Part shown: one piece after another, positions 19,713-29,782 of the stretch
Position numbering within the stretch: position 1 is the first letter of the stretch
Layout: each line of letters begins with the position of its first letter
Assembly (NCBI GenBank): GCA_963823555.1
Contig: CAWGMA010000003.1
Coordinates: forward strand, 416,001-480,000
DNA: 64,000 bases
Reading direction: 5' to 3'
DNA from: Candidatus Eiseniibacteriota bacterium
GTDB taxonomy: Bacteria > Eisenbacteria > RBG-16-71-46 > CAVPCR01
Notes under the pieces: model-generated
Databases searched by the model: none
What the model saw: only the letters and a program-made list of their open reading frames with translations
Told to the model about the DNA's origin: nothing
Made by a program: the position numbers and the translations under genes

Positions 19713-20285
19713 ATGATCCGCCTCGCACGGATCGTCATCATCGTGCCTCTGCTGATCTCGGCCTTGCCCGCCGCGGGCCGGGCGAGCCCTCCCGATTCGG
19801 TGCCGGCCTTCCGCGACGCGCAGATCACCCTCTTCGACGGCACCAGGTTCGAGGCCGACATGATCCGGGTCACCCGGGATACGGTGACCGCCTATGAGCA
19901 CCGATCCCGGCCGGCCGACGCGCTCATCTGGCCGCGCGACCTCGTGCCCGTGCAGTCGCTGGACATGCCGGAGGTCGCTCGTCTCGAGGTATCGAAGAAC
20001 GACGCGGGCAAGGGAGCGGTGATCGGCGCCGTCGCCGGTGCCGGTGCGCTTTGTGTGTGGTTCGGAACGTCGGACGATGAATGGGGTCAACTATCCGGCG
20101 CTGGTATCGTCATCCTGCTCGCTCTCTTCACCGGCGCCGGTGCTGGAGTCGGGGCGACCACCGGCGCCTTCTTCCACCATTGGGAGACCGTCTACGAGCC
20201 GGAATCCGGCCTCCGCGTCGAAGAGGCGGTCGAGTACACATCCGGAGTTGGATACCAGCCGATCCGGGCTCCAGGCAGCGAGTGA
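19713..20285 (+). CDS. Exported protein with glycine-zipper helices
   Basis: Signal peptide; GAVIGAVAGAG and GAGAGVGATTG; start may be GTG 19695. Confidence 0.7.
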   Translation: MIRLARIVIIVPLLISALPAAGRASPPDSVPAFRDAQITLFDGTRFEADMIRVTRDTVTAYEHRSRPADALIWPRDLVPVQSLDMPEVARLEVSKNDAGKGAVIGAVAGAGALCVWFGTSDDEWGQLSGAGIVILLALFTGAGAGVGATTGAFFHHWETVYEPESGLRVEEAVEYTSGVGYQPIRAPGSE

Positions 20286-20433
20286 GCGCGCCTCCGGGAT
20301 CCGGAGAATATGGGCCATCGAGATTGGCGCCACAGAACCGGCGACGCCCGGCCAGGAACCGGGCGCAGCCCCCACGGTACTATTCCTCATAGCGTCCACC
20401 CTTCCGATCGCCCCGCACGTGGGATGGAGTGCG

Positions 20434-21555
20434 ATGGATCGTCGCAGAGTGGGATTCGCCGCCTTCGTGGCCGTCGGCGTCTCAGCGGGGTTCCTTTCCA
20501 GCTGCTCGGACGATGACATCATCCTGTGTCCCGATGGCCGCACGCTCGCCTTCGCGGATGCGGACTACGAGGCCCGCCGCTTCTTCTTCGTCGTCGATCC
20601 GGTGGATCCACTTCTCACCGGACGGCTGGTCCCGCCCGGTGATCCCGACTGGATTGCCCCGCCCGAGATAACGGACCTTCGCCTCTGGCACGACGACCGG
20701 AATGCGGCCAACAACGGGGCCGCCCTCCGTGGCGTCGCGTATCTCGACCCGCGCCCCGGTGCCCTGGCGGCCCTCGACTCGGTGATCGGGTTCTTCGATC
20801 CGCTCACCGCGGGCGTCGACTTCACGATCCTCGAAGATCTCTACCCGGTGGATGCCGGATCGGCGCGGGGCGCGAGCGCCGCGCCCCGCTCGTACCTCGT
20901 CGTCGACATCACGGACCGCGTGCGGCCCGGAGAGGCGCTGGCGGCCACCTTCACGGCGACCTACACGATTCCGGGTGAGCCCGATCCTCTGGTCATCCGC
21001 TACGGCACGGAGGTCGACACCGGCCCGACCCCGGACACGATCCTCTTGAAGGCGCTCCGTATCCCGGATGCGAGGTACACGCAGTTCGACGGCGAGTATG
21101 TGAGTCGAGATGATTTCTGGTATCCCACACGACGCCTCGAGATCAGGAGCATCTACCCGTTCGAGCTCGTCGCAGATGAGGAGCTCGTCGGGGCCCGGGT
21201 CGCGGAGAACACGAGCCACAGCGCGCACTTTCCCGGCGCCAGCGAGGAGGCCACCTATCTCCGGGGCCTGGGAATCGACAAGGAGGATGCTTCGGGACAG
21301 CCCGGCTTCGACCATGTGATCGACCGCGCCTACCAGCGCCGCGATCTCTCGCTCATCGTGTTGCCCGACCTGCGTCCGTTCGCCCCGGCCGCCGAGGATT
21401 CGGTGTGGCCGTTCTTCCATGCGGACCTGTCGCAGCGCGAGGCTCGGCCGGCCTACTTCGTCGGTGCCGATGCCAACCGCGCTCTCTATGACCGGCTCGT
21501 CATGGCCCCGGAAACCGATTCCCGATACACCTTCGACCTGAACCTGTCGCCATGA
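20434..21555 (+). CDS. Lipoprotein resembling an internal segment of the T9SS translocon SprA
   Basis: Lipobox LSSC; DY...RFFF, LLK, EIRSIY and YL..LGID...D..ID....LI.LPDLRPF recall SprA (recognition, not a search). Confidence 0.55.
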   Translation: MDRRRVGFAAFVAVGVSAGFLSSCSDDDIILCPDGRTLAFADADYEARRFFFVVDPVDPLLTGRLVPPGDPDWIAPPEITDLRLWHDDRNAANNGAALRGVAYLDPRPGALAALDSVIGFFDPLTAGVDFTILEDLYPVDAGSARGASAAPRSYLVVDITDRVRPGEALAATFTATYTIPGEPDPLVIRYGTEVDTGPTPDTILLKALRIPDARYTQFDGEYVSRDDFWYPTRRLEIRSIYPFELVADEELVGARVAENTSHSAHFPGASEEATYLRGLGIDKEDASGQPGFDHVIDRAYQRRDLSLIVLPDLRPFAPAAEDSVWPFFHADLSQREARPAYFVGADANRALYDRLVMAPETDSRYTFDLNLSP

Positions 21556-22004
21556 TCTCCTGTCCTCGCGGCAATTCGCCGCCCCTCTCCAGCTTTCTTC
21601 TTGCCGTCATGCTGGCGGTGCTGGCGGCCATCGCGCTCTCCTCGCCCGGATGCGACGATGAGGACTCCGAGGCCAGAGACATCGCCCGCCTCGAGGCCAT
21701 GGAAGAGGAGATTCGCGAGCTCATCGGTGACGCGCCCTGTGCCGACTCCACCGATTGCGCAGTCATCGCGCTGGGCACGAAGCCCTGTGGCGGGCCCTGG
21801 GGCTATCTCGTCTACGCGAGGTCGGCGGTCGACTCCCTCGAGCTCATCGCCCGGGTTCGCGAATACACCGCCTACAACGACGAGCTCAATCGCCGCTGGG
21901 GCTGGGTTTCCACCTGCGACCTGGCCCCGCTGCCGCGCGTCGCCTGTGTCGATGGCCATTGCGTGGACACGCTCCACCTCTATGACCACGGGATCCCTCC
22001 CTAG
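21552..22004 (+). CDS. Cys-rich lipoprotein (KPCGGP family, unknown function)
   Basis: SPGC lipobox-like; C....DC...LG.KPCGGP..YLVY; STC. Confidence 0.75.
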   Translation: MISCPRGNSPPLSSFLLAVMLAVLAAIALSSPGCDDEDSEARDIARLEAMEEEIRELIGDAPCADSTDCAVIALGTKPCGGPWGYLVYARSAVDSLELIARVREYTAYNDELNRRWGWVSTCDLAPLPRVACVDGHCVDTLHLYDHGIPP

Positions 22005-22035
22005 GCGAGATCCCGCTTCAGGGGCGTAAACGGCG

Positions 22036-22068
22036 AAGCCGGGGATGGAGAATCCACCCCCGGCTTTG
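22036..22068. terminator. Rho-independent terminator between convergent genes
   Basis: aagccgggg-a-tgga/tcca-c-ccccggctt hairpin. Confidence 0.6.
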
Positions 22069-22135
22069 CTTCTGCCAGTCATTGGCAACAGCTCTACGAC
22101 CACACCGGTCCATTCCCTGGACCAGCGCGATCCTG

Positions 22136-22747
22136 CTAGAAGTGCATGCGCATGCCGCCACGGACCGGGATGAAGGTCGAGCTCTCGCCGTCGGTGAACG
22201 CGGTCGTGATCCGGAGCTCGGTGAAGGCCGAGGCCTTCTCGCTGACCATGCCCTCGACGCCGCCGCCCAGGCTGATCCCGAGCGCGTTCTCCGAGTAGCC
22301 GAAGAACTCCTGGGAGCTGACGCCATCGGTCACGGTCAGATCATCGATCGAGGCGTGAACGAGACCCGCGTTGAACCCGACGTACGGGGTGAACCCCTGC
22401 GGGATGAAGCGGACCCGGAGGCCGCTCATGAGGGAGACCATGCTGATGCTGGCGCCGGAGGCGCCAAGGCCGGTCTCGCTCGCGAACTGGTTGCTATCCA
22501 GCCCGAACCGGTCGTAGCCGACCGACATGACATCGATGGCCAGGTGCTTGTTGAGCTGATACGCCATCCCGCCGCCGATCGAGAATCCCATGCTGTGATA
22601 GTCGGTCATCGAACCGGTCGGGGAGGACATGCCGCCGTACATGGATACGGAAGTTCTGGGCTGACCATAGAGGTCATCGGCCGCCGCCGCGCCGTAACAG
22701 AACACCACGGCCGCCGCCGCAACGCAGATCGTGACTAGCAGTTTCAT
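22136..22747 (-). CDS. Small outer-membrane beta-barrel protein (OmpA-like transmembrane domain)
   Basis: Signal peptide, alternating strands, PYVG motif, terminal F. Confidence 0.8.
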   Translation of the reverse strand: MKLLVTICVAAAAVVFCYGAAAADDLYGQPRTSVSMYGGMSSPTGSMTDYHSMGFSIGGGMAYQLNKHLAIDVMSVGYDRFGLDSNQFASETGLGASGASISMVSLMSGLRVRFIPQGFTPYVGFNAGLVHASIDDLTVTDGVSSQEFFGYSENALGISLGGGVEGMVSEKASAFTELRITTAFTDGESSTFIPVRGGMRMHF

Positions 22748-23000
22748 TGCCTTCTCCCGGTGACTGACAGACGAAAGGACTCGATCCCGAGTCCACGAGG
22801 TATCCGATGACGTTTTCGGTTATCCGCCGCCAGTCAATGAGCCGGGCCTGAGGTGGCTTTCCAGGTGTCTCATGCTGGCACACAGGACTGGCGATCAGCC
22901 CCAGAAGGGCCTATGCTCTTCCGCCAGGCCGCTGCTGATACCCGCGTGGTGACCGCCGTGCCACTCGCCACCACCGAAATCGGAGCCGGGAGGGGAATTC

Positions 23001-23168
23001 GTGGGGACACTCGAGCTCACGCCCATGCAGACCGCGCTCGTCGTCGCGGTCGGGCTCATCGCTTTCTACGTCGCCTTTCGCACAAGGAAGCGCATCCTGA
23101 AGGTGTTCTTCTGGGCGGTCGCGCTCCTCGTCGCCGCCTGGGCGGCGTGGCGGCTCTTTCAGGGCTGA
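23001..23168 (+). CDS. 55 aa two-helix membrane protein (not in ORF track)
   Basis: GGAGGGG RBS, GTG start; MGTLELTPMQTALVVAVGLIAFYVAFRTRKRILKVFFWAVALLVAAWAAWRLFQG. Confidence 0.6.
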   Translation: MGTLELTPMQTALVVAVGLIAFYVAFRTRKRILKVFFWAVALLVAAWAAWRLFQG

Positions 23169-23177
23169 GCCGGCTCC

Positions 23178-25577
23178 TCAGCGTGCAACGGGTGACGGCG
23201 GCAAGTCGGCAGTCATCTCGATCAGGCTGCCGCCCATGACATCGTCGGCGGTGATCTCGGGAAGCGGTAACCGGATCTCCGGAGATGTGGCGACGAGGAT
23301 CTCGCCGCGGTCGAAGTGGCTCTCGCCGGGCGATGCCGGGGCCAGGTCCGTCGTGTCCGCGCGACGCCGTGTGGACGCGGTCGGATAGGGCACGACGATC
23401 TCGATCACGCCGTTCCGATCGGCGGCCAGCGGCGACACGTAGGGGAAGAGCCGGCCGTCGGGTGAGCGGACGGCGGCGAGCAAGACCCCTTCCGTGGATG
23501 CAGGGAGGCCGTTCACGCGGAGGCGTGCTCCCGGGACGATCTCGAAGAGCTTGACGAAGGGGGTCGTGCTGCCCTCAGGGAGCGTCTCGAGCGAATCGCT
23601 CGCCGCCACGAGCCGGAGCCATCCGATCGGGGGAATGAAGCGGCTCTGCCCCTGGAAGCCGCTGCCGAAGCGCCGCGAGAGCCGATAGAGCATCGTCTCC
23701 TCGATCTCGGGGGTGAACTCGATCGTGGCCTGTCCCGGTGCGCTGAGCGTGGCGCTCGCCAGGTAGCGCCGGCGCGTTGCGTCATCCGGCACCAGTCCGT
23801 CGAAGCCCCCGGCGAGGTCCCGCACCAGCACGTAGCGCACGCGCAGGGAATCGGCCACCGCGTGCGCCTCGTTCTCGCTCGTCGCCAGGAAGAACTGCTG
23901 CACGCGGCGCGGATCGCCGGCGTGATCGCCGAAGTTGTCGGTGACCGCCGGCCTTCTTGCGTGGTACTGGATGAAGTGTCCGAACGACCATTCGGCGAGC
24001 ACACCGCCGGCCGGTTCGCGGGCGGCGAGATCGCGCAGCACCGCGCGCGCGCGATCGAAGCCGAGATTCGCCTCTTCCTCGCGCCCGAAACCGGCAGCAC
24101 AGGGCAGCACAGCGACGAGCACCAAGACGAGGATGATCGCCATGCCGAGCGCTCGCGGGCGCGGGGTGCCGCGGCCCAGGCGCGCGATGATCGGCTCGGC
24201 CGCGATCGCGGCGCCGAAGCCGATGAAGAGGGAGAGGTGCGGCATGAACCGGATCTGCTGCACGGCGAGCGCGGCAAAGAGGATCGATGTCAGCAGGAAG
24301 AGCCGGCGCCTGGGGTCGGCGTGCTCGATCTGCGGGGCCAGACGCCACCAGGCCACGGGGAGGAGCAGAGCGAGAGCGGAGAGGGCGATCACCGCCTGGC
24401 GAAGGCCGCTGGCGATACCGGTAGCGAACAGCGGGCGACTCTCGCCGATCGTCGCCTGCCACGGCGCGAAGCGGCGAGTGACGTAACCGAGGCCGCTCAG
24501 GAGCTCGCGGCCGAGGATGGCGATGAGGACGACGAAGAGAACGGCGGCCGCGACGAGGAGGAGGTCGCGGCGCGAATCCCCCGCCGGCTCGCGGTCCCGA
24601 GCGCGCCGCCGCCGCGCATCCCGCGGCCGCTGGCTGAAGAGCGCGCTTGCGAGGTAGGTGCCGAGGGCGACGGCCGCGGTCAGAGCCGGCTGGAAGAGCC
24701 CGAACTGATAGTGGTGGAACGGAGCTCCCGCGAGCGCGTAGGCAAGCGCCCAGGGCAGGAGCACGAGGGTGGCGATCCCCAGGCTCGTCGCTGTCATCTC
24801 GAGCGCGCGCCCGCGCTCTCGACCGGGAGCGAGAACAGCGGCGAGCACGGCGAGCCCGAGCAGGATCACGAGCGTGAGCTGGGTGAGAAGGGCCGCGGCC
24901 AACGCCAAGCCGGGGACGATGGCGGTGCGCAAGAGCGGAGCTCCCGCTGCCGTGCGGGCGAGTGCCGTTCCGAGCGCCATCACCGCGAGCACGACGGCGA
25001 GCAGCTCGGCGGCATGGTGGTCGAGGAGCCCGAGCGTCGTATAGGGATAGTTGGCGGGGAGGAGGATGGGCAGCGCTGCCACCGCCAGCGCGAGCGCAAG
25101 GCGACCCGGCCACATGGCGCGCGCCAGGAAGAACAGCGCGACCACGGTGAGAGCGAAGAGCGCGGGCGGAAGGAGCGCCACTGCCAGGCTCGGTCCCACC
25201 TCGCTCGCGCCGGCGGGCGCGGGGAAGAGCCGGGTCATTGCCGCCAGCACGAGATCGTAGAGCGGCGGCCAGATCACAGAGGCGCCGCGAGGATGATTGA
25301 TGAAGCGATCGAAGACAGCCAGATCGGGGAAGCGTTCGGCGATGAGCTCGGCCCGCCGGAGGTGATAGCAGGCATCGGGGTCGCGGATGATCGCGATGCC
25401 CCCCTCCATCACCGCGCCGAGCCGGGGCACGGCGCGGGCGATGACGGCAGTGGCCATGAGGAAGAGCGCGGCCAACGCCACCCCGGGGCCGCTGCTCGCT
25501 TGCGGCGCGGAGCCCGTCAGCGGCTCGGGTGCCGGAAGGGATCCCGGCGCCGAGGGCGAAGGCTGGTCCTCGTTCAC
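23178..25577 (-). CDS. STT3/AglB-like oligosaccharyltransferase (GT-C)
   Basis: DPDACYHLR, DHH..E, TIGE, EWSFGH (WWDYG position), DNFG; many TM helices; GTG start overlapping upstream stop. Confidence 0.8.
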   Translation of the reverse strand: MNEDQPSPSAPGSLPAPEPLTGSAPQASSGPGVALAALFLMATAVIARAVPRLGAVMEGGIAIIRDPDACYHLRRAELIAERFPDLAVFDRFINHPRGASVIWPPLYDLVLAAMTRLFPAPAGASEVGPSLAVALLPPALFALTVVALFFLARAMWPGRLALALAVAALPILLPANYPYTTLGLLDHHAAELLAVVLAVMALGTALARTAAGAPLLRTAIVPGLALAAALLTQLTLVILLGLAVLAAVLAPGRERGRALEMTATSLGIATLVLLPWALAYALAGAPFHHYQFGLFQPALTAAVALGTYLASALFSQRPRDARRRRARDREPAGDSRRDLLLVAAAVLFVVLIAILGRELLSGLGYVTRRFAPWQATIGESRPLFATGIASGLRQAVIALSALALLLPVAWWRLAPQIEHADPRRRLFLLTSILFAALAVQQIRFMPHLSLFIGFGAAIAAEPIIARLGRGTPRPRALGMAIILVLVLVAVLPCAAGFGREEEANLGFDRARAVLRDLAAREPAGGVLAEWSFGHFIQYHARRPAVTDNFGDHAGDPRRVQQFFLATSENEAHAVADSLRVRYVLVRDLAGGFDGLVPDDATRRRYLASATLSAPGQATIEFTPEIEETMLYRLSRRFGSGFQGQSRFIPPIGWLRLVAASDSLETLPEGSTTPFVKLFEIVPGARLRVNGLPASTEGVLLAAVRSPDGRLFPYVSPLAADRNGVIEIVVPYPTASTRRRADTTDLAPASPGESHFDRGEILVATSPEIRLPLPEITADDVMGGSLIEMTADLPPSPVAR

Positions 25578-26056
25578 GCCTGGTCTTCGCCGGCGGCACG
25601 CGCCAGATCGTCGCCGTCGAGGTTGAATATGCGGCCGAAGCCGGCGACGAAGCGCGCGCTTGCGGGCTCGATCCGGAAGATGGCGAAATCGCCCAGCGCG
25701 AAGAGCGGGGCAGCTTCCGGGAAGCGGGAGACATAGAGCTGGCGCGCGGCTTCGAGACCCGGATCCCCGGCAGGCATCTCCCGGGCTCGACCGACGACCG
25801 AGAAGCGAGCCAACGTCTGCGGGTCGCCTGTGCCCGGGTCCGGCTCGCTGATCATGAGCGAGGCCCGAGGATCGGCGAGGAGATCTTGCGTGTGGTAGGC
25901 CAGCCGGCTCACATGGATCAGGAAGGCGGAGAAGTCGGCTACCGGCGCATAGGCCACGAGCGACACGAACGGCGTCCCTTCGCGCAGCGTGCCGAGGGCG
26001 GCGACGCGCTGGGACCGGACGAGCTCGGCGAGGGTGAGGCGCGACTGGCGATCCAT
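25574..26056 (-). CDS. Pyridoxamine 5'-phosphate oxidase / HugZ-like protein
   Basis: ALGTL..G.PFVSLV..S.LA.HT..L.ADPRASL; DF.IFRI....RFVAGFG. Confidence 0.85.
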   Translation of the reverse strand: MDRQSRLTLAELVRSQRVAALGTLREGTPFVSLVAYAPVADFSAFLIHVSRLAYHTQDLLADPRASLMISEPDPGTGDPQTLARFSVVGRAREMPAGDPGLEAARQLYVSRFPEAAPLFALGDFAIFRIEPASARFVAGFGRIFNLDGDDLARAAGEDQA

Positions 26057-26117
26057 TCAGGGAACTCCTCGAGTGATGTGGGCCGGCCGCGAGGCCGGAG
26101 ATGCTCTTGTTGCCGGC

Positions 26118-26183
26118 GAGCGCGGCCGGCCGAGCGTCGCTATGGAGCGCGGCCGGCCGAGCGTCGCATGGCGCGCGGCCGGC
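26118..26183. repeat. ~27 bp tandem repeat, 2.5 copies
   Basis: gagcgcggccggccgagcgtcgc(t)atg repeated. Confidence 0.7.
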
Positions 26184-26482
26184 GTCCAGGGTCGGAACCC
26201 CGGCCGGAATCGAGTCGGGGCGCCGCATTCGCCGCCGCCCGGCGGCCCGGCGCTGGCTCGACCCGGGTCAACTGGCGGCACCCTCAGGGCGAACTCTCCC
26301 AGCCCCGGTCCTCCGCGAGCGGGATCGCGCCCATAACCCATTGCCAGATCGTGGGCACGCGACTGTCTCGAACTGGCATGGCGAGTGCACAAGCGGTCAG
26401 CGGGGCGATAGCGCCGATCACGCGCGCCTGGGTCACTCCGACCCCGGCGCGGCGTGGTTCACGGCGTCATGCCTATAACTGG

Positions 26483-26809
26483 ATGGATTCGCTAATCAGC
26501 CTTCTCTTCCAGATCGAGACCATCGAGACCGCATTGGCCGGCGCCCAGGGGCTCGAGGCCGAGGAGGCGCGAGTCCAGCTGAGCCTCCTTCTGGCCCAGC
26601 TACCCAAGCCGATTCGCGATCAGTACGAATGGCTGCGCACGTGGACGAGCTACCCGATCGCCCGACTGCGCAGCCGGACGTGTACCGGATGTGGCGCTGT
26701 CTACCCCGCGGACCATGCTTTCATCATGGCCCATGAGACCCGGGTCACCTACTGCGAGCACTGCCTGCGGGTGCTCCTGATTCGCGACCTGGGGCTGGTA
26801 GCCGCTTGA
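26483..26809 (+). CDS. C4-type zinc-ribbon domain protein
   Basis: Y..LR....IA.L...CTGC ... CEHC.RVL. Confidence 0.72.
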   Translation: MDSLISLLFQIETIETALAGAQGLEAEEARVQLSLLLAQLPKPIRDQYEWLRTWTSYPIARLRSRTCTGCGAVYPADHAFIMAHETRVTYCEHCLRVLLIRDLGLVAA

Positions 26810-26969
26810 GCAGGGGGGAGCAAGGGGGAGTATAATTGAGCGAGGAGCCGCAAGAGTCTGCGGTTCCGTCATGACGAGATGGCGGGCGCCCGGCGCTGGA
26901 GGTGGCGCAGGGGGTTAAGGCGTTTCTTTCCGGCGGGCGCCCGACCATTCTCGCGAGGAAGGTGAGCCC

Positions 26970-27305
26970 ATGTCTCGTGCAGTTCGTCTGTGGATTCTCA
27001 TCGTTGTTCTCTTCATCGCCGTTGCCGCAGCGTTCCTGCCGCGGGCCGGGGCATCGGAAGATCCTGAGCGCACCGCGCTCCTGGAGGACCTGCGGGCCTT
27101 CCAGCGGGGGCAGGTCGGGCCGATCGGGGATGACATCTTCCATCACCCCGAGCGCCCCGGCAAGGTGGTGCGCGTCGTGCCGTGGTTCGGCGCCGATGGT
27201 CACTACGCGATCGTCGCCATCACCGAGGTGGGCTGGGTCTATCGCACCAACGACCTCTCCAACTGGGAGCTGGTCGGGAAGATCCTGGAGACGCCGGAGT
27301 TCTAG
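26970..27305 (+). CDS. Hypothetical exported protein
   Basis: Signal peptide, AAGGTG RBS-like sequence. Confidence 0.65.
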   Translation: MSRAVRLWILIVVLFIAVAAAFLPRAGASEDPERTALLEDLRAFQRGQVGPIGDDIFHHPERPGKVVRVVPWFGADGHYAIVAITEVGWVYRTNDLSNWELVGKILETPEF

Positions 27306-27456
27306 GAAGGCTGGCTCGAGTTCCGGGGCGCCGAGCCTCTGCTCGGTCCCCGATCGCGGGTAGCCCGCGTGCTAGCATGCGGGAGGCGCCAGGCGCCTCC
27401 CGGGTTGGTGGGCTCCCGGTTGCGCTCGCGCGCGACCGGGAGCCCTTTCCTTTGCT

Positions 27457-29766
27457 GTGACCGCTAGCTCAAGCGAGGTCATCGTGCCCTTGCCTTCCCT
27501 CGCCATCGAACCGAACGAGGTGCTCTTCGGCGCCGATCCGAGCCCCGGGATCCTGGCCGTGGAAATGCTGGATGACCGCACGATGGAGCTCTTCATCCGG
27601 AGCGGAAAGCCCGCCCGCGGCGCGGCGCCGCCGGCTGTCGAGCGCGTGCGCCAGGAGTTCCGGCCCTGTCTCTGGATCGCCGACCGGGATCTCCTCACCG
27701 GTTACTCGGGAACGACCGCCGTCGAGGAGCTCAGCGGCGAGGGGGAGCTGCGCTACCTCGTGACCGTGCCCGGCGGCCGCGAGCTCGAGGCGCTCCGCCG
27801 GCACCTGCGGACCGCGAGCGGGGAGACCTCCTCGAGCCGGAGCGCACCCTATCTGTACATCGGCGATCGCGTTCACCTGCACCTCCTGCGCACCGGGCAG
27901 ACGCTCTTCAAGGGCATGACGTTCACCGACCTGAACCGAGTCCAGATCGACATCGAGACCGACTGCCAGGAGGGATTCGAGTTCTCGAACCCGGAGCGGG
28001 AAACCGATCGCATTCTCTCGATCGCGGTCACCGATTCGACCGGCTTCGAGGAGGTGATCTGGGGCGGCGATGGGGATGAGAAGGCCATGATCGAGCGCCT
28101 CGCCACGGTGATCAGGGAACGGGATCCCGATGTCATCGAGGGGCACAATCTCTTCAAGTTCGATCTCGAGTACCTGCGCGTGCGCGCCAAGCGCTACAAG
28201 CTCGATCTCGAGTGGGGCCGTGACGGCTCCCCGGCGCGGAGCCGGCCGTCGCGGGTCCAGATCGCCGAGCGCATCATCGACTACCCGCGCTGGGAGGTCC
28301 GGGGCCGCCATCTCGTCGACACCTGGCTTCTCGTCCAGTTCTACGATGTCAGCGCGCGCGAGCTCGAGAGCTACGGGCTCAAGGACGTGGCGAGCCACTT
28401 CGGCCTGGCTGCACCGGATCGCGAGATCGTCGACGGCCTCGATGTGTCCCGGGTCTTTCGCACCGACCCCGAGCGGCTCCGCCGCTACAACCTGGCCGAC
28501 GCCCAGGACGTGGGGAAGCTCGCCGAGCTCCTCTCCGGGAGCTATTTCATCCAGACCCAGATCTTCCCCTATGACTACCAGAGCGTGGTCGTGCGCGGGA
28601 ACGCGACCAAGATCAACGCGCTCTTCCTGCGCGAGCACCTGCGCCGGGGGCAATCGATCCCGCTCTTACCCGACGTCGATCGCGAGATCGCGGGCGGCAT
28701 GACGGCGGTCTACCGCCAGGGTGTCGTGTCGCCGGTGCTGCATGCCGACGTGCGCTCCCTCTATCCCTCGGTGATGCTCGCCTACGGACTCCGCCCGGAG
28801 CGCGATGATCTCGATCTCTTCCTCGGATTGCTGCGCGACCTGCGTGAGTTCCGCCTCAAGGCGCGCGCCGCCATGGCCAAGGCCCAATCGCCGGCCGAGC
28901 GCCATCACTTCGACGCGCTCCAGTCCACGTTCAAGATCCTCATCAACTCGTTCTATGGCTACCTGGGGAGCGGCTTCGCCCACTGGGCCGACACCAAGGC
29001 GGCGAACGAGGTCACGCGGCGGGGCCGGGAGATCATCCAGCAGATGATCGACTGGCTCAAAGGCCGGGGCGCCGAGCCGATCGAGGTCGACACCGACGGT
29101 GTCTACTTCGTGCCGCCGCCGGGGGTCGGCGGCGACGAGGCGAGCGCGGAGGCCTTCATCGCGGAGCTCTCCACGGAGCTGCCGGAGGGAATCCAGGTCG
29201 AGCTCGCCGGCCGCTATCGCGCCATGCTGAGCTACAAGATGAAGAACTACGCGCTCCTCGACGAGGATGGGCGGCTGGCGATCACCGGATCGGGGCTCCG
29301 CTCGCGTGGTCTCGAGCGTTTCCAGCGCGATTTCCTCCGCGACATGCTACGGCTCGCGCTCGAGGGGCGGGCGGCGGAGATCCCCGCGCTCCATGCGCAG
29401 CTCGACGAGAAGTTCGCGCGCCACGAGCTCCACGTGCGCGACTTCATGAAGACCGAGACCCTGGCCGATTCGCTCGCCGCCTATCGCAACAAGGTCGGAG
29501 GCGGATCGCGCAACCGGTCGGCGGCCTACGAGCTGGCGCTCGCGTCGGGGCGCGACCTGCGTCCCGGCGATCAGGTCTCCTACTACGTGACCGGGGACTC
29601 GAAGCGGGTGACCGTGGCCAAGGCGGCGCGCCTCGCCGCGGAGTGGAATCCGGAACAGCCGGACGAGAACGTGGCCTATTACCAGGCCAAGCTCGCCGAT
29701 CTCTATGCGAAGTTCGCACCCATCTGCGGTGTCGAGGCGGGTGGCCAGGGCGAGCTCGGGCTGTAG
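27457..29766 (+). CDS. polB: Family B DNA polymerase with 3'-5' exonuclease domain
   Basis: DIET, GHN..FD, YNLAD, DVRSLYPS, KILINSFYG, DTDG, KNYA. Confidence 0.93.
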   Translation: MTASSSEVIVPLPSLAIEPNEVLFGADPSPGILAVEMLDDRTMELFIRSGKPARGAAPPAVERVRQEFRPCLWIADRDLLTGYSGTTAVEELSGEGELRYLVTVPGGRELEALRRHLRTASGETSSSRSAPYLYIGDRVHLHLLRTGQTLFKGMTFTDLNRVQIDIETDCQEGFEFSNPERETDRILSIAVTDSTGFEEVIWGGDGDEKAMIERLATVIRERDPDVIEGHNLFKFDLEYLRVRAKRYKLDLEWGRDGSPARSRPSRVQIAERIIDYPRWEVRGRHLVDTWLLVQFYDVSARELESYGLKDVASHFGLAAPDREIVDGLDVSRVFRTDPERLRRYNLADAQDVGKLAELLSGSYFIQTQIFPYDYQSVVVRGNATKINALFLREHLRRGQSIPLLPDVDREIAGGMTAVYRQGVVSPVLHADVRSLYPSVMLAYGLRPERDDLDLFLGLLRDLREFRLKARAAMAKAQSPAERHHFDALQSTFKILINSFYGYLGSGFAHWADTKAANEVTRRGREIIQQMIDWLKGRGAEPIEVDTDGVYFVPPPGVGGDEASAEAFIAELSTELPEGIQVELAGRYRAMLSYKMKNYALLDEDGRLAITGSGLRSRGLERFQRDFLRDMLRLALEGRAAEIPALHAQLDEKFARHELHVRDFMKTETLADSLAAYRNKVGGGSRNRSAAYELALASGRDLRPGDQVSYYVTGDSKRVTVAKAARLAAEWNPEQPDENVAYYQAKLADLYAKFAPICGVEAGGQGELGL

Positions 29767-29782
29767 CGTGGGTCAGGGGCGC

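Noticed and set aside
26118..26183. Mini-CRISPR at the 27-bp repeat
   Set aside because: Direct tandem copies with no unique spacers
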